This document shows positions 9,263 to 17,582 of a stretch of DNA of 64,000 nt, piece after piece. The stretch lies in contig JBAXAI010000006.1 of NCBI GenBank assembly GCA_037142615.1, positions 64,001 to 128,000 on the forward strand, given 5' to 3'. The DNA comes from Spirochaetales bacterium (GTDB lineage: Bacteria; Spirochaetota; Spirochaetia; JABEVK01). The notes below the pieces were generated by a model that did not search any database, was not told the DNA's origin, and was given only the letters and a program-made list of their open reading frames with translations. Both the position numbers and the translations under genes were made by a program. Position 1 is the first letter of the stretch; each line of letters starts with the position of its first letter.

Positions 9263-10174
9263 TCATCCTCCAACGGTCAGGGTCATTGCCAGGCTGCCCG
9301 CCGCCTTCTTCCAGCCTTCCAAAGTTTCTTGTCCGATCCGGTCACGGGTGTAGGGGTTGGGTCGGCCCAACTGGTGGTATTTTCCGGCCGCGAGGTCGTG
9401 GTAGGGCAACACATCGACGCACACCGGGCCCAACGAGCGCCGCTCCAACGAGGCGATGAAGCCCAGGATCCAGTCCCGGTCGGAATCCGAATCGTTGAAC
9501 CCCGGAATGAGGGGAACCCGGTACGCGACGTGGTCCGCCTTGTCCGAAACCAGTCGAACGTTGGAAACCACCGAGGCGACGTCGCCGGCTGTCCGCGTTA
9601 AAAAACGCTGGGGATCGAGGTGTTTCACATCGACCAGCCATTGAATGTTGTGCTCCAGAAACGGGAGCAAGACCGCTGACTCGACCGCGAGGCAAGTCTC
9701 AATCGCCACGGGCACCCCCAGAGCCTCCAGCTTTTCGATGCACTGCAGCAGGAACTCCGGCTGGTCGAGCGGCTCGCCACCCGAAAAAGTCACCCCGCCG
9801 CCGCTCTTGGCAAAGAAGGCTTGATCTTTGACCACCTCGCGGACGAGCGCATCGACCTCGACCTCGCGCCCCGCCACCCGAAGCGCCAACGAGGGGCAAA
9901 CGGCCGCCAGCGCGCGGGGCACGGTCTTGGTCCGGTCGGGCTGAATCTTGCCTTCCACCTCGTGCATCGCTCCGCCAAATTGCGGGTGAAGGCAGGCGCG
10001 GCAGCCCACACATCGGGTAGAATCGAAAAGGATCTCGAGTTCCACTTTTTGGCTTTCGGGATTCGAGCACCAGTCGCAACGAAGCGGACAGCCCTTGAAA
10101 AAAACTACCGTCCGGATGCCGGGACCGTCGTGGGTGGAGTAGCGTTGTACGTCGAAGACCAGCGGTTTCCTCAC
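9263..10174 (-). CDS. ybiY: Glycyl-radical activating enzyme (radical SAM with ferredoxin insert)
   Basis: HDGPGIRTVVFFKGCPLRCDWCSNPESQ, CVGCRAC, GGVTFSGGEP. GTG 10174 preferred because the promoter overlaps ATG 10201. Confidence 0.93.
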   Translation of the reverse strand: MRKPLVFDVQRYSTHDGPGIRTVVFFKGCPLRCDWCSNPESQKVELEILFDSTRCVGCRACLHPQFGGAMHEVEGKIQPDRTKTVPRALAAVCPSLALRVAGREVEVDALVREVVKDQAFFAKSGGGVTFSGGEPLDQPEFLLQCIEKLEALGVPVAIETCLAVESAVLLPFLEHNIQWLVDVKHLDPQRFLTRTAGDVASVVSNVRLVSDKADHVAYRVPLIPGFNDSDSDRDWILGFIASLERRSLGPVCVDVLPYHDLAAGKYHQLGRPNPYTRDRIGQETLEGWKKAAGSLAMTLTVGG

Positions 10175-10180
10175 ACCCCC

Positions 10181-10229
10181 AGAATAGTCATTAACTTTCA
10201 TATTGTCAATAAAAGACTTTCATGTGAAA
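10181..10229 (-). promoter_or_regulatory. Sigma70 promoter of the activase-GRE operon with two DeoR-like boxes
   Basis: TTGACA-17-TATTCT on the minus strand. TTTCATATTGTCA at 10196 and near-palindrome TTTCATGTGAAA at 10218-10229. Confidence 0.65.
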
Positions 10230-10264
10230 ATGATACGAAGGATATTTGAAAAAAGGAGTCGAAA

Positions 10265-10594
10265 ATGGAAAAGAAGGTTGGTACGTACCGCCATGTGGTC
10301 CTGTTTGGATTCAAGGACGGAACGCCACAGTCAACGCTCAGGTCGGTCGAAAAGGCCTTTGAGGAGTTTTGCAAAGAACTGCCGTTTGTGAAAGGTTTCG
10401 AGGGTGGCACCAATTCGAGCCCCGAGAAGCTCGACCAAGGGTTCACCCACTGCTTCTTGGTCACCTTTGAAGACGCCGCCGCCCGCGACCTGTACCTGCC
10501 GCATCCGGCCCACCAGCGCTTCATCGCCCAGTGGATCGAGCCCTACCTGGCCAAGGTTTGCGTGCTCGACTACGAACCGGGGAAGTTTGAGTAA
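10265..10594 (+). CDS. Dabb family stress-responsive alpha/beta barrel protein
   Basis: RHVVLFGFK, GTNSSPEKLDQGFTH, YLPHPAHQRF. AGGAG RBS. Confidence 0.92.
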   Translation: MEKKVGTYRHVVLFGFKDGTPQSTLRSVEKAFEEFCKELPFVKGFEGGTNSSPEKLDQGFTHCFLVTFEDAAARDLYLPHPAHQRFIAQWIEPYLAKVCVLDYEPGKFE

Positions 10595-10660
10595 CCGCCC
10601 GTGGCTGTCAAAACCAGCGCAAAGTAGTACGCTTCTGGCAACGACCCAAGGAGAAGATCT

Positions 10661-11125
10661 ATGCCCTACGTCGTCGATTTTGTGACCGTTTCGACGGTCG
10701 GCCTGGAAACGTCGCCCGTTGCCGCCGCTCTGGCGGGCTTGCGGGCCAACGAGGCGCGCTACTACCAGAACAAGTACAAGCATGTGTTCACCACCGTACC
10801 CGCTGCTGAGAGTCAGGAGACTCTCGACTACGTGCATAAAATCCTCAAGGACGAACGCAAAATCGAATTGGGCGCCAAGCCGCTTGAGACCTCGCGCTTC
10901 CAAGTGGAAAACCTGGCCATGGCGTACGTGTTCTACGAAAGTGGACTGGCGGTCAACGTGATGTACACCATCGACGAGGCCAAAAAGCGGGCGGTGGGCT
11001 TCAAGCTTTCCGAAGGAATGGAGGTTCCTGCCGAGCTGGAACCGAAGTTCAAGTTCGCGCGCCAAAAGTCAAAGTTGGCCGGAACGATCCGTGGTTCGTT
11101 TTTCGTCATTAAGGGGCAGTACTAG
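10661..11125 (+). CDS. Conserved hypothetical protein
   Basis: Good RBS (AAGGAG), host-like codon usage, motifs LAGLRANEARY and KRAVGFKLS. Function not recognised. Confidence 0.75.
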   Translation: MPYVVDFVTVSTVGLETSPVAAALAGLRANEARYYQNKYKHVFTTVPAAESQETLDYVHKILKDERKIELGAKPLETSRFQVENLAMAYVFYESGLAVNVMYTIDEAKKRAVGFKLSEGMEVPAELEPKFKFARQKSKLAGTIRGSFFVIKGQY

Positions 11126-11129
11126 CCGA

Positions 11130-12380
11130 CTAGAAGTTCACTGGCTGCGAAAAGAACTCATTGATCACCAGACATGCGCCACCGACCATGCCGCGATTCT
11201 CGTCCATGGTCGAGGCCTCGATGCGGACCCGCTTTTCTACCGCAGGAAGGCCGATGTGATTCATGCCGTCGCGCAGGAGGGTCAGAAAGTACTCGCCCGC
11301 CCGGACGTACTCGCCCTGGATGATAATCAGCTCAGGGTCGTTCACCAGCACCACATTTCCCAGGCCCACGACAAACCAGTGCGCCACATCGCGGATCAGT
11401 TCCCGGGAAAGTGGGTCGCCTACCGAGGCTCCGTCGCTGATTTGGGTCAGCGTGAGCGCTTCGCAGGCCTCGGCCGACGTCACGACGGTCGAAGCGATTG
11501 TGCCTAACAGCGACCTGGCACGGGCTCGCATCCGCTTGGCCGACACGAGGGCTTCGAAGCACCCACGGTTGCCGCAAATGCACTCGGGCCCGTTGAGCGA
11601 ATCCAGCGTCAGGTGCCCGACTTCGCCCGAAAGGCTTTGAGCGCCGTGCTTCACCTTGCCCGCGAGCACGATTCCGGCACCGAGCCCCTCTTCGAGCGCG
11701 TCGATGATCATGAAGTTCTCGATGCCATTGGCGAGCCCGCGGTCGCGTTCGGCGATGGCCTGGAACCGGTTCGTACAATCGACGTAGATCGGAAGGCCAG
11801 CGCTCGTGGGGAGCACGCTGACCAGGCCCTTGCGGAACAGCTCGGCAATCGGCAAGTCGCGGCCCCAGATTGGAAAGTGAGGCGAGAAGATCGAAACCCC
11901 CCGTTGGGAATCGACAAGGCCAGGCAGGGCAATCGCGAAGCCGACCAGCCTGCCGCTCGCCTCACCCCGGCGCCCCACGAGCGAAATCACCATTCCCAGT
12001 AGCTTCTTGAGAATGAAGTCGAAGTCCCGTTCGGCGCCGGTATGGTATTCCTCGCGGTCCAGAATCACGGCGTCGAGATCCATGGTCGCCACGATAATGG
12101 AGTCGGGCGTGATGTGAGCGCTCACCACGTAGCCGTAGGCGGGTCGGAAGCGGTACAGCTCCGGCCGTTTGCCACCCTCGTCGGTGGACTCGCCCTTGCC
12201 GACCGAAACCACGAAACCCCGGGCCAGAAGTTGGTCGATGATCTTCTTGGCCGTGGTCTTGCTGAGGCGGATTTCTTCGGAAATCCCGGCCACCGAAACG
12301 ATCTCGCCGCGCCGGATGATCTCGAGGGCGAGGCGTACGTTGTTATCTTTGAGGCTCTTCGGCTTGGACCCTGTCTTCAT
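11130..12380 (-). CDS. ROK family transcriptional regulator (XylR/NagC-like)
   Basis: N-terminal wHTH ending GGKRP; GEVGH and CICGNRGCFE. Confidence 0.9.
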   Translation of the reverse strand: MKTGSKPKSLKDNNVRLALEIIRRGEIVSVAGISEEIRLSKTTAKKIIDQLLARGFVVSVGKGESTDEGGKRPELYRFRPAYGYVVSAHITPDSIIVATMDLDAVILDREEYHTGAERDFDFILKKLLGMVISLVGRRGEASGRLVGFAIALPGLVDSQRGVSIFSPHFPIWGRDLPIAELFRKGLVSVLPTSAGLPIYVDCTNRFQAIAERDRGLANGIENFMIIDALEEGLGAGIVLAGKVKHGAQSLSGEVGHLTLDSLNGPECICGNRGCFEALVSAKRMRARARSLLGTIASTVVTSAEACEALTLTQISDGASVGDPLSRELIRDVAHWFVVGLGNVVLVNDPELIIIQGEYVRAGEYFLTLLRDGMNHIGLPAVEKRVRIEASTMDENRGMVGGACLVINEFFSQPVNF

Positions 12381-13351
12381 GGTAGTTTCCTTGTTGCATA
12401 GTATTGGCTGGCGGACGCCTCCATCAGAAGATGAAAAGCCTGCCCCTCGCTCGAGGTTCCGATGGACTGAAAGCTGGGGGCACCACAAACACCTTGGACA
12501 AGGCCTTGGGCATCGACCTGGCGGTGACAGACCTCGCGCAGCCGTTCTGCGGTTTGCACAAGCTCCACTGTCGCCGCCCCGAGGTGCGCCAACTGAAAGA
12601 TCGCTGTCGCCAGCATCTGGGCCAGGTTGGCCTCGACGAAGCTCGTGGGGTCGTCGAGCACATCGTGGAACAAGCCGTCGGCTCGCTGGTAGGCAAGACA
12701 CCCCGCAATCACCTCGAGGGCCAAAGTCACCAGGCGCTCGCGCTGGGCTGCCGTCCACGTGGTGCCGTTGACGAGGGTCCTCACCAAACCCGTCGCGGCC
12801 CACCCGTTGCCACATCCCCAAAAGGCCTCCCGCTCCCAACGCTGCCGATCTTCGTCCCAGATGTGCGAGTACAACCGGGCACCCGGGTTCCACAACCGCC
12901 CCTGCAAAAGCTCAACCTGAGCAAAGGCCTCGTCCTCATAACCAGCGGCCGCCAGAAACGGGGGTGCCATGTACAGCGAATCGACCCACACCTGGCGCGG
13001 TCCGACCCGATGCAGCAGAACGCCGCCAGCGCCGTGATGTTCAGGCTTCCTGAGCCATTCGAGAAGCTGACCGACGGCGGCGGTGGCAAGGGGCTCGCCA
13101 GAACGCCGCGCCAAGACCAGGGCCCCTTCGCCATTGGTGGCTGGGTCGACCACGTAGGCGGCGTCGCCCATCACGCCCAACCGCCCATCGGGCAACCGGC
13201 GGACCAAAGCCTCCCGAGCCGCCAGTTCGGCCAAGTCGAGGCGCCCCAAAGCTATCAGGGCGTGCGTCAGCAGACCTTGTTCCCAAGAGTGTCGCTGCAT
13301 CGTCAGCAGTGCAAACAAGACCTTGTCTGTCGAAGCGTCAAAACCAAGCAT
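12377..13351 (-). CDS. GH105/GH88 unsaturated glycuronyl hydrolase
   Basis: WVDSLYMAPPFLA, LYSHIWD, WGCGNGWA, DGLFHDVLD. Confidence 0.85.
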   Translation of the reverse strand: MLGFDASTDKVLFALLTMQRHSWEQGLLTHALIALGRLDLAELAAREALVRRLPDGRLGVMGDAAYVVDPATNGEGALVLARRSGEPLATAAVGQLLEWLRKPEHHGAGGVLLHRVGPRQVWVDSLYMAPPFLAAAGYEDEAFAQVELLQGRLWNPGARLYSHIWDEDRQRWEREAFWGCGNGWAATGLVRTLVNGTTWTAAQRERLVTLALEVIAGCLAYQRADGLFHDVLDDPTSFVEANLAQMLATAIFQLAHLGAATVELVQTAERLREVCHRQVDAQGLVQGVCGAPSFQSIGTSSEGQAFHLLMEASASQYYATRKLP

Positions 13352-13390
13352 TAGGGACACTATGCTCCGCTGCGATAGTCCTGTCAATTT

Positions 13391-13460
13391 GTTTTCCAAG
13401 AGTATTATCTAACCCCGACTTTTCCTAATCTAATTATGTTATCTAACATTATTGCATAAT
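13391..13460. promoter_or_regulatory. Two 23-bp ROK-type operators between divergent GH genes
   Basis: GTTTTCCAAGAGTATTATCTAAC (13391-13413) and GTTATCTAACATTATTGCATAAT (13438-13460). Confidence 0.65.
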
Positions 13461-13486
13461 TGGGAGTTTGACCTTACGATAGAGCT

Positions 13487-15856
13487 ATGGAACACTCGCC
13501 TCTTCCCCCGCTGCAACTGTGCGACCAAGACTATTTTGCACTGCCTGGACTCAATGTGCTCCTGGGGCAGGACTACTATCCCGACGGCCACCAGTCGGGT
13601 CTGGTGATTCTCCAGCACGGAAAACGAGTCGCCAGCAACGGAGACCTGAGGCTCGAGACAGCCGGCGGGCAATGGCAACCCATTCCACGTCAGGTCACGC
13701 GGACCGTCAGCGAGGCCAGCCAGACCATCACCGTCACGATGGCGTACCCGGATGCCTCGCGCAACCGCACGGGCTTCAACCCGATCGAATACCCCGACCT
13801 CTCGTTCAGCTATCGCGTGTTGGTCACGGCCGAAGGGCGACGCTTTCGGGTGGGGCTCGAACTGGAAACGCCCCTTCCTTCACCGTGGGACAAGAAGGTG
13901 CGTTTCTGCCTCGAGTTGTTTCCCGGTGCCCTCTTCGGCCGCTCGTTTTGCAGCCCCGGGGGAACCGGAAGCTTCCCGCGTCAGCCGAACGGACCTTTCG
14001 CGCCCGACAGCCAGGGGGAACGGCACCTCTCGCCCCTCGCAAAGGGCGCGTGGCTGGTAGTGGCTCCCGAGACCCCTTGCCAGCGCCTGCGCATCGAAGC
14101 GGTAACGGGAGGGGAACTGACCCTGGTCGATGGCCGCGAACGGCACAACAACGGGTGGTTTGTCGTGCAGGCTGAACTGGCAACGGGGAAGGCCGGTCGC
14201 GTCCTGGAGTGGCTGGTTGACGTTTCGGCCGACCCGAGCTTTCGCGCCCCCGCAACCGTTCAGATCAATCAGGTCGGCTACAAACCCCAGGGAGAAAAAA
14301 GGGTCGTCGTGGAGCTGGATCCTCTGGACCTTCCCCTGCAGCCCGTGCGCGTCGAAAGGGTGCTGCCCTCGGGCGAGCGGCAGGTCGTAGCTCAAGGCGG
14401 GCAAAGTTGGGGAATGTTCCTGCGCAGCCGGTACCTGACCTTCGACTTCAGCGCGGTGAATGAACCCGGAACCTACCTGGCTGCCTACGGAGACACCGAG
14501 GCTGGGCCGTTCCAGATCGGTGACGAGGTGTACGCCAGGCACGTCTGGCAGCCGACGCTGGAATACTTCCTTCCGGTGCAGATGTGCCATATGCGGGTAG
14601 ACGACGGCTATCGCGTTTGGCATGGGGCCTGCCATCGCTCCGATGCCCTGATGGCCCCGCCGGGCCTACAGCACTTCGACGGCTATCGGCAGGGTCCGAC
14701 CACGCTCTGCGCGGCCAAGGGCGGCGAAAAACTCCGCGGACTGAACGAGGGCGGCTGGCACGATGCGGGAGACTTCGACCTGAGGTTGGAAAGTCAGGCC
14801 GAAACGGTCCGTGGCTTGGCGTTGGCCAGGGAACTGTTCGGTGCCGAGCTCGACAGCACGACGGTGGACTGGGCCCACCATGTTGTCACCCTGCGTCGTC
14901 CGGATGGGACGCCCGATATCCTGGAGCAGATCGAGCACGGACTGAAGTCCCTGTTGGGGGGCTGGAAGGCGCTGGGACGACCTTATCGCGGCATCATCGA
15001 AGCCTCCTTGCAGGACTACGTCCTCTTGGGCGACCCGGTGAATCACGAACAACCTCGCTTGGTCTTTACGGAAGAGCAACCTCACCACGAGGCGCTGATG
15101 GGAGCAGCCCTGGCCGCGGCAAGCCGGGTGATGGTTCATCGCCCGGCCTTGGCTCGGGAATGTCTGGACGTCGCCTGGCGTCTGTGGGAGCGCCTGGCCA
15201 CAGCGGAGGCCCAGGCCAAGCTCGTCCTTGCCGTGGAACTCCTGCAGTGCGAGGGGCCAAGTGCCCGGGGACTTCTGCTCGCGAAGTTCCTTTCCGAGCA
15301 GAAGTCCTTGGTCTCGACTTCCTTCGATCAGGTGGGTTGGCTGATGGTCCGTGTTCTGGATCAGGTCGAGCAGGCTGGTTTCGAGTTTCGCCGCTGGGTG
15401 ACCGAGGCGGCCCGCCTTCATCGCGACACGCTAGCCCGGAGTGCCGACACCACCCCGTATGGCATTCCCTACCGTCCGAATATCTGGGGCGCCGGCTGGC
15501 AGATCCAGAACTTCGGCATGCAGCAGGTGTTCCTGCACCTCGCGCTTCCCGAGCTCTTCGATTCCCGAAGTGTGTATCGGGCGCTGGACTTCATCTTGGG
15601 TTGCCATCCGGGTGCCAACAACGCCTCTTTTGTTTCGGGAGTCGGCGCGAAGTCGGTCACCACCGCTTACGGCCTCAACCGCGCCGACGCGGGGTGTATT
15701 CCCGGTGGTGCGGTGTCGGGCACGGCGCTGATCCGGCCCGACTTCCCCGAACTTTTGGACTGGCCCTACCTGTGGCAGCAGACTGAATACGTGCTCGGAG
15801 CCGGCACCACGGACTGGCTGCTGCTGGCGCTGGCGGCCGACAAGCTGGGCCGCTAG
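13487..15856 (+). CDS. GH9 glycoside hydrolase with N-terminal extension and Ig-like domain, no signal peptide
   Basis: INQVGY, GACH, GGWHDAGD, SFVSGVG, TEY catalytic-acid region. Confidence 0.85.
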   Translation: MEHSPLPPLQLCDQDYFALPGLNVLLGQDYYPDGHQSGLVILQHGKRVASNGDLRLETAGGQWQPIPRQVTRTVSEASQTITVTMAYPDASRNRTGFNPIEYPDLSFSYRVLVTAEGRRFRVGLELETPLPSPWDKKVRFCLELFPGALFGRSFCSPGGTGSFPRQPNGPFAPDSQGERHLSPLAKGAWLVVAPETPCQRLRIEAVTGGELTLVDGRERHNNGWFVVQAELATGKAGRVLEWLVDVSADPSFRAPATVQINQVGYKPQGEKRVVVELDPLDLPLQPVRVERVLPSGERQVVAQGGQSWGMFLRSRYLTFDFSAVNEPGTYLAAYGDTEAGPFQIGDEVYARHVWQPTLEYFLPVQMCHMRVDDGYRVWHGACHRSDALMAPPGLQHFDGYRQGPTTLCAAKGGEKLRGLNEGGWHDAGDFDLRLESQAETVRGLALARELFGAELDSTTVDWAHHVVTLRRPDGTPDILEQIEHGLKSLLGGWKALGRPYRGIIEASLQDYVLLGDPVNHEQPRLVFTEEQPHHEALMGAALAAASRVMVHRPALARECLDVAWRLWERLATAEAQAKLVLAVELLQCEGPSARGLLLAKFLSEQKSLVSTSFDQVGWLMVRVLDQVEQAGFEFRRWVTEAARLHRDTLARSADTTPYGIPYRPNIWGAGWQIQNFGMQQVFLHLALPELFDSRSVYRALDFILGCHPGANNASFVSGVGAKSVTTAYGLNRADAGCIPGGAVSGTALIRPDFPELLDWPYLWQQTEYVLGAGTTDWLLLALAADKLGR

Positions 15857-15869
15857 ACTCGACCTACCG

Positions 15870-17507
15870 CTAGTCGAGCCCGGCGAGAACAAACACCAAA
15901 GGCGTGTTCCAGTAGATGGCGACTTCGTTCGTTGAATAGCTCCCCGCGTCGTCGATCCAACTTCGAGCGGGTGCGGCCCCCGACCGCTGGTCGCGGACCA
16001 AGGAATCTTCCAGGTTCCGGTTGGGCCCCCCCGACACCATTCCGGGAACAGGGCGGAAAACGCCCGCCGCAACCGAAGGGCGGTGGTGCGGGTTGAGCAC
16101 GGGCCAGGCACCAAAGCCGGTCACGAAACTCTGCCCAACCGCGTTCCTCCCAAAAAGGGAATGCAGGTTTTCCAAGGCCGCGTCGAGGGGTTGGCGTGGG
16201 TCCAGCCGATGAGCCACGGCGAGGAGCATGGCGTGGTCCATCAACGTCATGTTGCTGCCCCAATGGAAGTAACCGGGGCTCATCGTGGTCAAGTCGGGGG
16301 CGGAAAGCGAGCCCTGCTGAAGCTCGGCCAGTCGACCGTCAAACAACTTCTGGGCCCTGGTACGCGTCGCGGCATCCAACTTCGTGTCGGCAAGCAGCAC
16401 CCCGACAACGCTGAACAGCCCGGTTTGGGCCCAGCCGAACGCATCGGCGCGCAGCGAGCGGGAACTCACGCCCAAGCGGACAGCCGTGGCGAAGGTCGCC
16501 TCGCCGGTGGCGCGAAACAGCTCGGTGTTCATCCAAAGTCCTTCGTCGCTGCCGTCGCCGTCGCCGTACTCGCCCGTTTGAATCCCGGGCGGGTTCACAA
16601 ACCCTTGGAACGCGTGGGCGCGAGTCCAACGTTCGGCGCTCCGCGCGGCCTTCAAGCAGCGCTCAGCAAAGGCCTTGTCAGTCGCTCGGTAGAGCCGCGA
16701 GCCGGCTGCCATCACGGCGGCAAAATCGGCCGTGGCTGTCCACGACACGGGCGATACGACTTGGGTCGAGAAGTCGAAGTCAGGAGCCACGTCGAGGCCA
16801 GGGAAGTTGCGGCTCGTGAGCTTGTGGTACACCCCGCCGGTGCCGGTGTCTTGCATCTTGAGCAGCCATTCCAGCTCGTAGCGGGCCTCGTCGAGCAAGC
16901 CCGGTGCCTTGCCTGGCCAAAGTTCTTCCGCCAGCAGCAGGTGACCCACGGCAACCGCCCCGGGCACCACGTACCGGCCGTAGTCACCGGCGTCGTGCCA
17001 GCCGCCCTCGGCCAGCAAGGTGCGGTCGCTGCCCAAGATCTCGGCCGGTCCCAAGTGGCAGGCCGCGTGGGCGAAGTCGCCGGCAAAGGCGGCCTCGAGC
17101 TCGGTTCCGCAGCGCTGGTAGTGGAGCATCGCCAAAGCCGCGGCACCCACCTCGCGGTACACGGCAGGGTCGATACGGAAGGGTACCGACCGGTGGCCGC
17201 TGTCGGTCACCAGCACGTAGGTGCCCGGCACCTTTAGCGAACTGAAGTCGAGCCGGCGAAGCGAAGTTTGGCTGTTGGGGTCGTAGGAGGCCACTCCCGC
17301 AGTACCGGTAATGGCCACCTTTCCAGCGGTATCGAGAAGCTGGAAGCTTGAAACGGTTGTTTCCGCCAGCGCGATCTTCGCGTCGCCCGGACGATAACCA
17401 AGCTGATCGACCCAGAGCACGGGGTCGTGTTCGCCCTCCCCGGTCTGCGCCTCACCCCAAGAGCCCGCGAGCAGCAACAAGCCAACCAACCAACACCACT
17501 TCTTCAT
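15870..17507 (-). CDS. Secreted GH9 endoglucanase-like protein
   Basis: Signal peptide MKKWCWLVGLLLLAGSWGEA; VDQLGY, GGWHDAGDYGRY, PHHRPS, NEVAIYWN. Confidence 0.92.
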   Translation of the reverse strand: MKKWCWLVGLLLLAGSWGEAQTGEGEHDPVLWVDQLGYRPGDAKIALAETTVSSFQLLDTAGKVAITGTAGVASYDPNSQTSLRRLDFSSLKVPGTYVLVTDSGHRSVPFRIDPAVYREVGAAALAMLHYQRCGTELEAAFAGDFAHAACHLGPAEILGSDRTLLAEGGWHDAGDYGRYVVPGAVAVGHLLLAEELWPGKAPGLLDEARYELEWLLKMQDTGTGGVYHKLTSRNFPGLDVAPDFDFSTQVVSPVSWTATADFAAVMAAGSRLYRATDKAFAERCLKAARSAERWTRAHAFQGFVNPPGIQTGEYGDGDGSDEGLWMNTELFRATGEATFATAVRLGVSSRSLRADAFGWAQTGLFSVVGVLLADTKLDAATRTRAQKLFDGRLAELQQGSLSAPDLTTMSPGYFHWGSNMTLMDHAMLLAVAHRLDPRQPLDAALENLHSLFGRNAVGQSFVTGFGAWPVLNPHHRPSVAAGVFRPVPGMVSGGPNRNLEDSLVRDQRSGAAPARSWIDDAGSYSTNEVAIYWNTPLVFVLAGLD

Positions 17508-17522
17508 CAAGGGCCTCCCCAC

Positions 17523-17553
17523 AAAAAAAGTCCCGGGGCGTCTGCCCCGGGAC
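17523..17553 (-). terminator. Rho-independent terminator after the solute-binding protein gene
   Basis: Stem GTCCCGGGGC/GCCCCGGGAC (10 bp) followed by T7 on the minus strand. Confidence 0.8.
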
Positions 17554-17582
17554 CAACTCAACTCAAATCAACTCACGTGAGC

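Noticed and set aside
17555-17576. Short AACTC-like tandem repeats
   Set aside because: Too short and degenerate to distinguish from chance.
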